Shown here in pieces: positions 19,208-29,222 of a DNA stretch of 64,000 nt. The stretch is from Deltaproteobacteria bacterium. GTDB lineage: Bacteria; Myxococcota_A; Polyangia; Polyangiales; Houyiibacteriaceae. How positions within the stretch are numbered: position 1 is the first letter of the stretch; the number at the start of each line of letters is the position of its first letter. Location: the NCBI GenBank assembly GCA_034670305.1, contig JAXMNT010000001.1:306970-370969 (forward strand), read 5' to 3'. A program made the position numbers and the translations under genes. Below the pieces are notes generated by a model that saw only the letters and a program-made list of their open reading frames with translations, was not told where the DNA came from and ran no database searches.

Positions 19208-22200
19208 GCCGCGCCATGAGTGACCTGGAAACCTTCAAAGACGAGCTCGCCGCCGTCGTCGACGGAGACGCCGCGGCCCTCGAACGTTTTGCCGACCTGC
19301 TCGCCGACTCGGACGAAGCCCGCGATCTGCGCCACGAAGCCAGCCGCGCCGCTGAGAAGGTGCGTGAGGCCGGGGCCGACTTCGAGATGCCCGCCGATCT
19401 CGAAGCGCGGGTGCTCGCGGCGATCGACGCCGTCGCCCATCCCGAAGCCACGCCGGCAGAGCCGGCCGCCGGGCAGACCGAAGTCTCGGGATTTGCGCCC
19501 ACCGGTGCGATGCCGGTGACCGAATCCCCGCACGTCGCCGAGCCCGTGGCGGCCGCGAAGTCGCCCTCCATTCCGGAAGCCGACGCCCGCTGGGCCGGCG
19601 GCAAGACCGCGCCCCCCGCGGAATCACAGGCGCCCCAGACTGCGTCGTCGTCGGCCGACACGCAGGTGGACGCGGCGCCGACGCCCATCACCAAGAAGCG
19701 CCCGCGTGCGCCGATGATCTTCGGCGGGGTCGTGCTCGCTGCCGCCGCATCGGTCGGTCTGTACTTCGGCATCGACGCGATGAATGGAGACACCTCCGAG
19801 ACGGTCGCGGCTGGCGACGGACTCACCGGCACCCTCGCTCGGGTCGCGCGCTCCGCCGACGACCAGGTGAGTGGCGTGAGCCTCGACGGCGCGCCGATGG
19901 GTGAAGGCCAGGCCATCGCGGCTGGCAGCACCATCGTCACCGACGCCCGCTCCCGGGCGCGCATCGATCTCAGCGACGGTTCGCAGATCGTGGTCGACCA
20001 GGACAGCGCGGTCGTCATCGGCGCGAACGGACGCAGCGTGAATCTGCAGCGTGGGCAGTTGCTCGCCGAGGTCGCGCACCTCGAAAACGGCCCGCTGGCC
20101 ACCTACGAGACGCCCTCCGGCGTCGTGCAGGTGCTCGGCACGAAGTTCCTGCTGACCGCGAGCGACGACCGCGCGTCGGTGCGCGTGACCCGCGGCGCGG
20201 TGCGGGTGCACGCGAACGGCGAGAGCGTCGAAGTGAAGACCGGCCAGGAAGGCCTGATGCGCGCGGGCGGCAACCCCCACGTCGTACCGGCGGTCGACCT
20301 CGCCGGCAGCGTGGCTTGGTCCGAACTCGACCCGAACCAAGCAGACGATGTGCCGGTGCCGGGCATCGGCGAACTCCGCGCCCACAAGCCGGGCGAGCGC
20401 GAGGACTCGGAGCGACCGCTCACGCTCGCGCACCACCGGGTGAGCGTGCGCATCGTTGGCAACGTCGCGCGCACGGAGATCGAAGAGACCTTCCGCAACG
20501 ACAGCACCGACGAACTCGAAGGCGTGTACCGCTTCCCGCTCCCGCCGGATGCGCGCATCGCCTCGCTCGGCCTCGAAGTCGACGGCCGCTGGGAACAGGG
20601 CGCCTTCGTCGCGAAGGACCGCGCCCAGCAGATCTGGCGCGGCGTGATCCGCAACGCGACGCCGGAGAGCCAGCGTCAGCAAGAAGAGTTCATCTGGGTC
20701 CCCGGTCCCTGGCACGACCCGGCGCTGCTCGAGTGGCAGCAGGGCGGACGTTTCGAACTCCGCATCTTCCCGATCGGTGCGCAGAGCGAACGCCGCGTGC
20801 GCATCTCCTACGAGCAGACGATCGCACCCCACGGCGAGGGCCGCCGCTACGTGTACCCGCTCGCGCACGCCGAAGACGAGTCGACCCGCGTGGGTCACTT
20901 CGAAGTCGACATGCGCATCGCCGGCGACGCGCAGCCGAAGGCGCGCGGCTACGAGATGACCCGCGAAACCGAACGCACCGGCAGCGCCACCGCCGAACGG
21001 ATGCGGTTCAGCGCTCAGAACTTCCGCCCTTCGGGCGACCTCGTGGTCGACTACCAGACCCCGGGCGACGACGCGGAGATGCAGTACTGGACCTATCGGG
21101 GCCAGGCGACCGCGGCTCCGGTCGAGCAGAGCCGCGAAGGCGACGAAGCGGTCATCCGCGAACAGCGCCGCCTCCACGAAGACGGCCGCGGGTACGCGGT
21201 GTTCGCGCTGCGTCCCGAGCTTCCGGGCTGGGCCGCCGCCGAGTCGCGCGACTACATGATTCTGGTCGATGCGTCTCAGAGCATGATCGGCGAACGCTAC
21301 GCCCGGGCGCAGCGCCTGGTCGAAGGCATGATCGGCGAGATGGATCGGCGCGACCGCGTCACGGTCCTGGCCTGCGACGTGGACTGCCGCGCGCCGGACG
21401 GCCCGCTTGCGGTGCCGAGCTCGGCGACCGCCGCCGCGATGCGCGAGTTCCTCGAGAAAGAAGACCCGGCCGGCGCGTCGGATCTCGTCGCGTCGCTTCG
21501 AAGCGCGCTCGAACACGCCAGCCGCATTCGCGGCCAGGGCAACGATCGCGAGCTGCACGTGGTGTACGTCGGTGACGGCATGGCATCGGTGGGTCCGCGC
21601 CACGCGGGTTCGCTCGGTGCCGAGTCCGAAGCGATGATGGCCGGTCGGGGCAGCTTGACCACCGTCGGCATCGGCCAGGACGCGGACACGAACGTGCTCC
21701 GCGAGATGGCCCGCGGCGGTGCCGGACACTACGTGCCCTTTGTGCCCGGACAGCGCACCCGTGCGGCGGCGCTCGCCGTGCTCGAGACGACCTACGGCGT
21801 CGCACTCGAACGGGCGACCATCGAGATGCCATCGGGCGTCGCCGAGATCTCGCCGGCTCAGCTGCCGACGATTCGCTCGGGCCAAGAAGTGCTCGTGGCG
21901 GCCCGACTCGACCGCAACGACGTCGAGGGCGAAGTGGTCCTCCGCGGCAAGGTCGGCGGCCGGCCCTTCGAGCAGCGCTACCCGGTGAACCTCACCGCGA
22001 GCACCGCCGCGGGCAACGCGTTCGTGCCGCGCCTCTGGGCCGCGGCCACCATCGAAGCGCTCGACCTGAAGGGTCAGAGCGAAGACACGTCCCGCATCGT
22101 GGCGCTCTCCAAGGGGTTCGGCGTGATGTCGCGCCACACCTCGCTGCTCGTCCTCGAGAGCGAAGCGATGTTCCGCGCCTTTGGCGTCGACCGCGCGCGC

Positions 22201-23490
22201 CCGACGCTGCAGTGGACCGGCGAAGAAGACATGGAGTTCGGAAGCACGCAGGGGCAACTCAACGCCTTGGGGTACACCGGGTCGGGCGCAGGCGGTGGAG
22301 GGGTGGGCTCCGGACGCGGCTCACTGGGTGGGCTCGCGACTGGCGCCTCGGCTCGGCCAGCGCGCGCGCCCGGGCGTACTCGGACCGCGAGCGCGCGGGC
22401 CGCGGGCAACCTGGACGACATGCTCGCGGGCGCGCTCGGTGGGGCCGACGAAGAGGCGCCGCGCGAACAGGAGCGACGCGACAACGTCGGTGTTCGTCAG
22501 GGCGTCGCGGAATCCGCCGTGCCGGATGCCACCGTGGCGCCGGTCACGCGCAGCAGCAGGCGCCGTGGCCCCGGTCAGTGGATGCGCAAGATCTGGTACC
22601 GCGAAGGACGGATCAACACGGGCGGCCGCTCGACCGAACGGGACATGGAAGCGGTGCGCGAAGCAGAGACCCTGCTGCGCGCCCAGCCGGACAGCCGCGA
22701 CCGCCATCGGTCGCTCGTGCGGGCCCTGTCCCGAGCGGGTGAACTCGAGCGGGCCGAAGAGGTCGCCCGCGACTGGATCGAACGCGACCGCCTCGACCCC
22801 GAAGCGCTCACCTACCTGAGCGACGTCGTTGGACGTCAGGGCAAGCGGGACCTCGCGCTGCGGCTGCTCAGCGGCATCGTGGATCTCGAGCCGGACAACG
22901 TGACCCTGCAAGAGCGCATGGCGAATGCGTTCGAGCGGGCGGGCAAAGCGGAGCGGGCCTGTGCCCACCGCGTGGCCCTGGCAGAGATTCGTCCCGGCGA
23001 CGAGGATCTGGTCGCCGACGCGATGCGCTGTGAACGCGCGCTGGGGCGGAGTCCCGCTGCGGAGCGACTGCTCGGCCGCGTGGACGGTGACGACCGAGAC
23101 GATGTGCGCTCGGCATCCGAACGCGCACCGACGCCGGAACGGGTCCGGGGCGATTTGCTCCTCACCGCGAACTGGACCGGAAGCAGCGATGTGGACCTCA
23201 CGCTCGTGACCCCGCAAGGCACGCGCTTGAGCTGGATGGGTGGTCGCACCAACGTCGTCGGCGACGACGCGGAGCGCATCGGCCGCGAGCGCCTCGGGCT
23301 GCGCCGGGCAGGCGTCGGCACCTACTACATCGAGGTCAACCGGGTGGACCCGACCGACCGCACGCCCATCCGCGGACAGATCGAAATCCGCGCGCTGGAC
23401 GAACGCCGCACCATCGACTTCGACCTGCAAGGCCTGAACACGACGGCGGGCAGCGTGCGGGTGGTGAGGCGTTGGAGAATGGGCCGCTAG
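19204..23490 (+). CDS. Large membrane protein: anti-sigma-like N-terminus, TM, FecR, VIT, vWA, TPR and C-terminal beta domain
   Basis: TM IFGGVVLAAAASVGLYF; FecR ETPSGVVQVLGTKF..VRVTRGAV; VIT ARTEIEETFRN..LEGVYRFPLP; MIDAS LVDASQSM; ANWTGSSDVDL; GTGA overlap with the sigma gene. Confidence 0.85.
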   Translation: MSRAMSDLETFKDELAAVVDGDAAALERFADLLADSDEARDLRHEASRAAEKVREAGADFEMPADLEARVLAAIDAVAHPEATPAEPAAGQTEVSGFAPTGAMPVTESPHVAEPVAAAKSPSIPEADARWAGGKTAPPAESQAPQTASSSADTQVDAAPTPITKKRPRAPMIFGGVVLAAAASVGLYFGIDAMNGDTSETVAAGDGLTGTLARVARSADDQVSGVSLDGAPMGEGQAIAAGSTIVTDARSRARIDLSDGSQIVVDQDSAVVIGANGRSVNLQRGQLLAEVAHLENGPLATYETPSGVVQVLGTKFLLTASDDRASVRVTRGAVRVHANGESVEVKTGQEGLMRAGGNPHVVPAVDLAGSVAWSELDPNQADDVPVPGIGELRAHKPGEREDSERPLTLAHHRVSVRIVGNVARTEIEETFRNDSTDELEGVYRFPLPPDARIASLGLEVDGRWEQGAFVAKDRAQQIWRGVIRNATPESQRQQEEFIWVPGPWHDPALLEWQQGGRFELRIFPIGAQSERRVRISYEQTIAPHGEGRRYVYPLAHAEDESTRVGHFEVDMRIAGDAQPKARGYEMTRETERTGSATAERMRFSAQNFRPSGDLVVDYQTPGDDAEMQYWTYRGQATAAPVEQSREGDEAVIREQRRLHEDGRGYAVFALRPELPGWAAAESRDYMILVDASQSMIGERYARAQRLVEGMIGEMDRRDRVTVLACDVDCRAPDGPLAVPSSATAAAMREFLEKEDPAGASDLVASLRSALEHASRIRGQGNDRELHVVYVGDGMASVGPRHAGSLGAESEAMMAGRGSLTTVGIGQDADTNVLREMARGGAGHYVPFVPGQRTRAAALAVLETTYGVALERATIEMPSGVAEISPAQLPTIRSGQEVLVAARLDRNDVEGEVVLRGKVGGRPFEQRYPVNLTASTAAGNAFVPRLWAAATIEALDLKGQSEDTSRIVALSKGFGVMSRHTSLLVLESEAMFRAFGVDRARPTLQWTGEEDMEFGSTQGQLNALGYTGSGAGGGGVGSGRGSLGGLATGASARPARAPGRTRTASARAAGNLDDMLAGALGGADEEAPREQERRDNVGVRQGVAESAVPDATVAPVTRSSRRRGPGQWMRKIWYREGRINTGGRSTERDMEAVREAETLLRAQPDSRDRHRSLVRALSRAGELERAEEVARDWIERDRLDPEALTYLSDVVGRQGKRDLALRLLSGIVDLEPDNVTLQERMANAFERAGKAERACAHRVALAEIRPGDEDLVADAMRCERALGRSPAAERLLGRVDGDDRDDVRSASERAPTPERVRGDLLLTANWTGSSDVDLTLVTPQGTRLSWMGGRTNVVGDDAERIGRERLGLRRAGVGTYYIEVNRVDPTDRTPIRGQIEIRALDERRTIDFDLQGLNTTAGSVRVVRRWRMGR

Positions 23491-23510
23491 CGCTAGAAGC
23501 GAACTGTGAG

Positions 23511-23548
23511 GAAGGGGGGATGCGCCGAGACTGGTGCGTCCCCCTTTC
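23511..23548 (+). terminator. Intrinsic terminator-like hairpin
   Basis: GAAGGGGGGATGCGCC...GGTGCGTCCCCCTTTC downstream of the VIT gene. Confidence 0.65.
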
Positions 23549-23559
23549 TGCGTCAGCGT

Positions 23560-23830
23560 TGGCGGTCGCTGCTGTTGCGGTTGCGGTTGCTGTTGCTGTT
23601 GCTGCCACTGCCACTGCCACTGCCACTGCCACTGCCACTGCCACTGCCACTGCCACTGCCACTGCCACTGCCTCCGATCCGACACCGAAGCCGAAGCCGA
23701 AGCCGAAGCCGAAGCCGAAGCCGAAGCCGAAACCGAAACCGAAACCGAAGCCGACACGGACACCGACACCGACACCGACGACACCGACACGGACGACACC
23801 GACACCGACGACACCGACGCTGCCGAGGCC
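23560..23830. repeat. Composite hexamer array (GTTGCT/G)n, (GCCACT)n, (GCCGAA/ACCGAA)n, (ACCGAC)n
   Basis: Directly visible, intergenic. Confidence 0.92.
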
Positions 23831-23897
23831 CAATCCGACCTGACGTGCGATCGAAGCCTAAGGCTCGCCTGTCCCGGTTTGGGGTAGGCTCGCGGGG

Positions 23898-25307
23898 ATG
23901 ACTCGAACGCTCTGCAGGTGTGCTGCTCTCTCCCTCCTCCTCGCGCTCGCCGCCTGCGGCGACGACGACACGTCGGCCGCCGATGCCGGGACGCGCGATG
24001 CGCCTGGCCTGGACGCGCCTGGCGTGGACGCGCCTGGCACCGACGCGCCCGGCGTGGACGCGCCCGCTGTCGACGCACCTGGTGTCGACGCGTTCGTACC
24101 GCCCACGTTTGGGTGCGGGGTGCTTCCGCCTTCGACCGGCACGGAGATGCGCATCGGGCCGGACCGCGCCGACGAACTTCCGCAGATCGTGCGCGACGCG
24201 CCGACCGGCACCGTGATCCTGCTCGAAGACGGCACGTACCGCATCGGGCCCGATGGCGAAGGCAACCGGCGGCTTCAGTTCCACACCCCAGGCGTGACGC
24301 TTCGGTCCGTTTCCAACGACGCGACCACCGTGATCCTCGACGGCGAGTACCGGACCAACGAGACGATCTTCATCGACGCGGACGACGTGACCATCGCGCA
24401 CATCACGGTCACGCACGCGATCGATCACGGCATCCACGTCACCGGCGCGGCGCCCGGCAACACCGAACGCACCATCCTTCATGGATTGCGGATGATCGAC
24501 CACGGCGAACAGTTCGTGAAGGTGAACGCCAACGGAGAGCGCACGGCGTTTGCGGACGACGGCGTGCTCGCGTGTTCTCACTTCGAACTCACCGATGCGG
24601 GCCGACCGAACATCGAGCGCTCCCCGGGAGGCTGCTACACCGGCGGCATCGACACCCACGGTGGGCGGGGCTGGCACATCTACGGCAACCGGTTCGAGGA
24701 CATCTACTGCGCGGGCGAAGGGCTCGCCGAACACGCGATTCACTTCTGGAGCGCGAGCCGAGACACGCTCGTCGAGCACAACGTCATCGTGAACTGCGCG
24801 CGCGGGATCGGGTTCGGTCTGGTCGAGAACGGAGGGGAGCGCGACTACGCGGACAACCCGTACCCCGATGTCTCGACGTACATCGGCCACTACGACGGCA
24901 TCATCCGCGGCAACTCGATCTTCGCCGACATCGACTTCTACGACACCGGCATCGAGCTCGCTCAAGCGCGGGGCGCGCGGGTGCTTCACAACACGGTGGT
25001 CTCGAGCGCCGACGCGTCCGGGTTCTTCAGTTCGATCGACTACCGGTTCCCGAGCACCGACGTCGAGATCCGAAACAACCTCGTGCGGCGCATCACGCGG
25101 CGCGGCGACGCGAACGGCACGGTCGAGAACAACCTCGAAGCGGCGCCGCTCGATCTCTTCGTGGACCCCGCCGCGGGAGATCTGCATCTGCAGGCCAGCG
25201 CGGCCGCGGCGATCGACCAAGGCGTCGCCACCCCAGGGGCCGGCCTGGATCTCGACGGCGAGACCCGCGACGATGGCGCACCGGACCTCGGGGCGGACGA
25301 GCACTGA
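23898..25307 (+). CDS. Lipoprotein with DAPGV repeats and right-handed beta-helix domain
   Basis: LAAC lipobox; (DAPG[VT]) pentapeptide repeats; PbH1-type strands; DLHL..AIDQG..DLDG..PDLGADE C-terminus. Confidence 0.85.
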   Translation: MTRTLCRCAALSLLLALAACGDDDTSAADAGTRDAPGLDAPGVDAPGTDAPGVDAPAVDAPGVDAFVPPTFGCGVLPPSTGTEMRIGPDRADELPQIVRDAPTGTVILLEDGTYRIGPDGEGNRRLQFHTPGVTLRSVSNDATTVILDGEYRTNETIFIDADDVTIAHITVTHAIDHGIHVTGAAPGNTERTILHGLRMIDHGEQFVKVNANGERTAFADDGVLACSHFELTDAGRPNIERSPGGCYTGGIDTHGGRGWHIYGNRFEDIYCAGEGLAEHAIHFWSASRDTLVEHNVIVNCARGIGFGLVENGGERDYADNPYPDVSTYIGHYDGIIRGNSIFADIDFYDTGIELAQARGARVLHNTVVSSADASGFFSSIDYRFPSTDVEIRNNLVRRITRRGDANGTVENNLEAAPLDLFVDPAAGDLHLQASAAAAIDQGVATPGAGLDLDGETRDDGAPDLGADEH

Positions 25308-25443
25308 CGGCGGTTCTTGGGCACGGACCACGAACGAGTTCGCACCGGCGGCCTACGGTCGACCGACATGGCGGGACCGCCGGCTGAGCCCGCGAGACGG
25401 GGTCGGCGAGATCACAATGGACCGAGCGCCGGCGTGACCGGAC

Positions 25444-25459
25444 TGGCACGGAGGATGCT
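25444..25459 (+). promoter_or_regulatory. Putative sigma54 -24/-12 promoter
   Basis: TGGCACG-GAGG-ATGCT just upstream of ATG 25473. Confidence 0.6.
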
Positions 25460-25472
25460 CTGTGGTGTGGCC

Positions 25473-26192
25473 ATGCGTCGTTGGCACATTCTGACCCTGC
25501 TCGTTCTGCTCGGCTCGGCCTCCGCGGCCTACGCCTGTTCCCTCGCGCCGGAAGCGAGCCCAGGTGAAGTGCTCGGCTACGCGCAGTACGTGCCGGCCGA
25601 CTCCGCGGGTGGGGTGCTGCCGGCGAACGTCGCTGGGCGCGTGGATGTTGGCGAGTCGTTCGTCAGCGAAGGCATCGAGTTCTTCCGCTACCCGGAAGGC
25701 ACCCGAACCGTGGACGTGGGCGGCACCTCGATCGAGGTAGGCACCACCGCAGACACCACGCCGCCCAGCACACCCATCGTGCGCGACGCGAACCTGAGCG
25801 CGAGCGGTTCCGGCTGCGGGGCCTACACCTGCGGCCGCATCCAGACCTTCCACTTCGACATCGAAGCGACCGACGACGTCGCGCCAAACGAGCGGCTGAC
25901 CTACGCGATCTACCTGGCCGATGCGCCCGGCCGTTTCGTGCCGGAGCCGGACCATCTTCTGGTGCGCGACAACGGCGACATCTGGGCGTTCGGCAACGAC
26001 GACGACGAAGGCGCCACCACCTACGTCCAGGTCCGTGCGATCGACCAGGCGGGCAACGTCAGTGCGTTGAGCGAGCCGTTCCTCGTCGACACGGGGGAGG
26101 GTGGCTGCAGCGCGGCCGCGAGGCCGCGGGCCGGGTTGGGGATCCCGGTGCTGTTCGCGCTCCTTTGGCTGCGGCGGCGACGCACCAGGTAG
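25473..26192 (+). CDS. Secreted protein with MYXO-CTERM-like sorting tail
   Basis: Signal peptide; DTTPPSTP..VRAIDQAGNVS; C-terminal GGCSAA..LFALLWLRRRR. Confidence 0.8.
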   Translation: MRRWHILTLLVLLGSASAAYACSLAPEASPGEVLGYAQYVPADSAGGVLPANVAGRVDVGESFVSEGIEFFRYPEGTRTVDVGGTSIEVGTTADTTPPSTPIVRDANLSASGSGCGAYTCGRIQTFHFDIEATDDVAPNERLTYAIYLADAPGRFVPEPDHLLVRDNGDIWAFGNDDDEGATTYVQVRAIDQAGNVSALSEPFLVDTGEGGCSAAARPRAGLGIPVLFALLWLRRRRTR

Positions 26193-26194
26193 GC

Positions 26195-26385
26195 GCGGGC
26201 TGCCGTGGTCTCTGCCGGTCGCTGCCACTGCCTCTGCCGCTGACTCTGCCGCTGCCGCTGCCGCTGCCCGCTGCCGCTGCCGCTGCCACTGCCCGCTGCC
26301 GCTGCCGCTGCCGCTGCCACTGCCACTGCCACTGCCACTGTCACTGCCTGCTGCCGCTGCCGCCGCCACTGCCGCTGCCGGGAAC
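26195..26385. repeat. Hexamer array (GCCGCT/GCCACT)n
   Basis: Directly visible after the stop at 26192. Confidence 0.9.
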
Positions 26386-26461
26386 CGGCGGCAGTCGCAT
26401 TCGCCCGCCGGCATGACGCGGTGCGTTGAATGGGGTTCGGGTCGGTGGTAAGTCCATCGGC

Positions 26462-27649
26462 ATGAGCCTTCCCCTCTCTCAGCGGCTGGGGCGCATCCAG
26501 CCCTCCGCCACGGTTGCCATCACGCAAAAGGGTCGCGAGCTGAAGGCGAAGGGCATCGACGTGCTCTCGTTCAGCCTTGGCGAACCGGACTTCGACACGC
26601 CCGCACACATCCGCGAAGCGGCGAAGAAGGCGATCGACCAGGGCGCGACTCGGTACACCGCGGCGCGCGGGACCGACGAGCTCCGTCTGGCGATCGCGGC
26701 GCGTTCGGCGAAGCGGCGCGGCATCGAACACACCGCGAACGAAGTCGTCGTCTCGGTCGGCGCGAAGCACACCCTCTTCAACCTGGCGCTCGCACTCTAC
26801 GATCCGGGCGACGAGGTCGTCATTCCGGCGCCGTACTGGGTGAGCTACCCGGAGCAGGTGAACTTCACCGGCGCGACGTCGGTGATCGTCGAGACGACGG
26901 CGGACAGTGGCTACCGCATGAGCGCGGCGCAGCTGGAAGCCGCGCTCACCCCGAAGACCAAAGCGGTCATTCTCTGCAGCCCGAGCAACCCGACCGGCGC
27001 CGCCTACACCGAGGCGCAGCTCAAAGCGCTGGCCGACGTGCTCGAGCCGCACGACTGCTGGATCTTGGTCGACGAGATCTACGGTGAGCTCGTCTACGGC
27101 GACTTTCAGCAGCGCTCCATCCTCGAGGTCGCGCCCCAATTGCGCGACCGGGTCGTGATCGTCGACGGCGTCAGCAAGACCTACGCGATGACCGGATGGC
27201 GCATCGGCTGGATGCTCGCGCCTGAGCACCTCGCCAACGCGTGCAACAAAGTCCAGGGACAGTCGACGACCAACCCGACTTCGAACGCGCAGGTCGCTGC
27301 GATCGCAGCGCTCGAGGGCCCGCAGGAATGCGTCTCCGACTTTCGCGCGGCGTTCGAAGCGCGGCGGGGTCGCCTCGTTGCGGGCGTCAACGCGATCGAA
27401 GGGCTGAGTTGCCCGACGCCGGACGGGGCGTTCTACGTGTTCGTGAACGTCGAGCCGCTGCTTGGACGCGGGCCGCTCGCGACCGACGTGGACGTGTGCA
27501 GCTACCTGCTCGAGAAAGCGCACTGTGCGCTTGTGCCGGGCAGCGCGTTCGGTGCGCCTGGCCACTTCCGCATGAGCTACGCCTGCAGCGAGGCCCAGAT
27601 CGACGACGGCCTCGGCCGCATCCAGCGCGCGCTGGCGTCGCTCGCATGA
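26462..27649 (+). CDS. Class I/II PLP aminotransferase (aspartate aminotransferase-like)
   Basis: GEPDFDTP, PYWVSY, SPSNPTG, DEIY, SKTYAMTGWRIG. Confidence 0.93.
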   Translation: MSLPLSQRLGRIQPSATVAITQKGRELKAKGIDVLSFSLGEPDFDTPAHIREAAKKAIDQGATRYTAARGTDELRLAIAARSAKRRGIEHTANEVVVSVGAKHTLFNLALALYDPGDEVVIPAPYWVSYPEQVNFTGATSVIVETTADSGYRMSAAQLEAALTPKTKAVILCSPSNPTGAAYTEAQLKALADVLEPHDCWILVDEIYGELVYGDFQQRSILEVAPQLRDRVVIVDGVSKTYAMTGWRIGWMLAPEHLANACNKVQGQSTTNPTSNAQVAAIAALEGPQECVSDFRAAFEARRGRLVAGVNAIEGLSCPTPDGAFYVFVNVEPLLGRGPLATDVDVCSYLLEKAHCALVPGSAFGAPGHFRMSYACSEAQIDDGLGRIQRALASLA

Positions 27650-28920
27650 AGATCTACGAACGCGGCGACGCAGCCTACGCGAAGACCCTTGCGCAGCTCT
27701 CCCGCCGCGGTGACGCGGACCTGGCGCGGGTGGAGACCGCCGTGCGCGCGATCCTCAACGAGGTGAAGAGCGACGGCGACGACGGTGTGCGGGCTGCGAC
27801 CGAGCGCTTCGAGTCCCGCCTTCAGACCGACGTGCGCTTGGACGAGGCCGATTGGCGGGCCCGCGCCGAAGAGACACCCGACGCCGCGAAAGCAGCGCTG
27901 CGCGAAGCGGCCGATCGGATCCGGCGCTACCACGAACACCAGGTGGATCACGGCTTCCGCTACACCGAGGACGGCATCGAACTCGGTCAGCGGGTGCGGC
28001 CCATCGGCGCGGTCGGGGTCTACGCACCCGGCGGCAAAGCGCGCTACCCGAGCACGGTGCTGATGACGGCGGTCGTCGCGCAAGTGGCGGGTGTGCCGCG
28101 CATCGTACTCGCGACGCCGAACCCGACGCCGGAGCTGCTCTACGCGGCGCTCGTCTCCGGCGTGACCGAGGTCGTGGACGCGGGCGGTGCGCAAGCGATT
28201 GGCGCCTTGGCGTACGGGACCGAGACGGTCACCCGCGTCGACAAGATCGTCGGGCCCGGCAACCTCTACGTCGCATGCGCCAAGCGACTCGTGTTCGGCA
28301 TCGTCGACATCGACTCGATCGCCGGGCCCAGCGAGATCCTGGTCGTCGCGGACGACGACGCGAAGCCGAACGTGGTCGCCGCGGATCTGTTGAGCCAAGC
28401 CGAACACGACGAAGACGCGTACCCACTGCTCGTCACGCTCAGCCGCAGCCACGCCGACGCGATCGCCGCCGAGGTCGAACGGCAGCTGGCGTCGTTGCCG
28501 CGCCGGGCCATCGCCGAGGCGAGCGTGCGCGACAACGGTCACTGCTTCGTGGCGGGGTCGCTGGAAGAAGCGGCGCGCGTGGCCGACGCACTGGCGGCCG
28601 AACACCTCGCGCTCGCGGTCGCGGATCCGGACGCCCTCTTGGCCAACATCGGCGCGGTGGGCGCGGCGTTCCTCGGGTACCACACCCCCGAAGCCGCGGG
28701 CGACTACGCCGCCGGCCCAAGCCACGTGTTGCCCACCGGCGGTGCGGCGCGGTTCGCGAGCCCGCTCGGGGTCTACGACTTCATCGTGCGCACCAGCCTC
28801 ATCCGCTACGACGCGGCCTCGATCAACGCGCAGGCCGATCTGCTGGAGGGCCTCGCCCGTCTCGAGGGGCTCGAAGCCCACGCCCGGGCGGTGGCGGCCC
28901 GGCGATCGTCACCAAAGTGA
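27646..28920 (+). CDS. hisD: Histidinol dehydrogenase
   Basis: YAPGGKARYPSTVLM, GGAQAI, GPGNLYV, AGPSE, QAEHD, GDYAAGPSHVLPT, EGLEAH. Confidence 0.96.
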   Translation: MKIYERGDAAYAKTLAQLSRRGDADLARVETAVRAILNEVKSDGDDGVRAATERFESRLQTDVRLDEADWRARAEETPDAAKAALREAADRIRRYHEHQVDHGFRYTEDGIELGQRVRPIGAVGVYAPGGKARYPSTVLMTAVVAQVAGVPRIVLATPNPTPELLYAALVSGVTEVVDAGGAQAIGALAYGTETVTRVDKIVGPGNLYVACAKRLVFGIVDIDSIAGPSEILVVADDDAKPNVVAADLLSQAEHDEDAYPLLVTLSRSHADAIAAEVERQLASLPRRAIAEASVRDNGHCFVAGSLEEAARVADALAAEHLALAVADPDALLANIGAVGAAFLGYHTPEAAGDYAAGPSHVLPTGGAARFASPLGVYDFIVRTSLIRYDAASINAQADLLEGLARLEGLEAHARAVAARRSSPK

Positions 28921-29006
28921 CGTCAGCCATCTGACACCGCGCCCTTCTGCGCCCGAAGATGGGCGCAGCATTGGGAAAAACGTGGTGTTTCCTGGGAACA
29001 CCGCCA

Positions 29007-29022
29007 AGGCTCGGCGCGTGCA
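29007..29022 (+). promoter_or_regulatory. Possible sigma54 promoter for the candidate sRNA
   Basis: AGGCTCG-GCGC-GTGCA (GG-N10-GC); imperfect palindrome GGTGTTTCCTGGGAACACC just upstream. Confidence 0.4.
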
Positions 29023-29033
29023 CGCTTCTTGCT

Positions 29034-29152
29034 CTGTCCTTGGCCAGTGTGTGACTGGGCGCGCTCGTCGCGTCCGATTCTCTCTCTCATAGACAAACCC
29101 AACCCAACCCTGAGCGGGCCTGCTTCGTGTGGAGGCAGGCCTGCTCTTAATT
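29034..29152 (+). ncRNA. Candidate small regulatory RNA
   Basis: Two short stems, an unpaired C/U/A-rich tract (TTCTCTCTCTCATAGACAAACCCAACCCAACCC), then a long hairpin GAGCGGGCCTGCTTC..GAGGCAGGCCTGCTC followed by TTAATT. Confidence 0.45.
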
Positions 29153-29222
29153 CTGGGGCCGGACGCTGGCGCCACGCACGGCGTTGACTCGCTCAAATGG
29201 GTCACCTACATGTGGCCGCCTG

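Noticed and set aside
23472-23901. ORFs with poly-(AT), (PK), (CH), (QW) or (GF) tracts here and at the other arrays
   Set aside because: They are translations of non-coding hexamer arrays, which lack stops in all frames.
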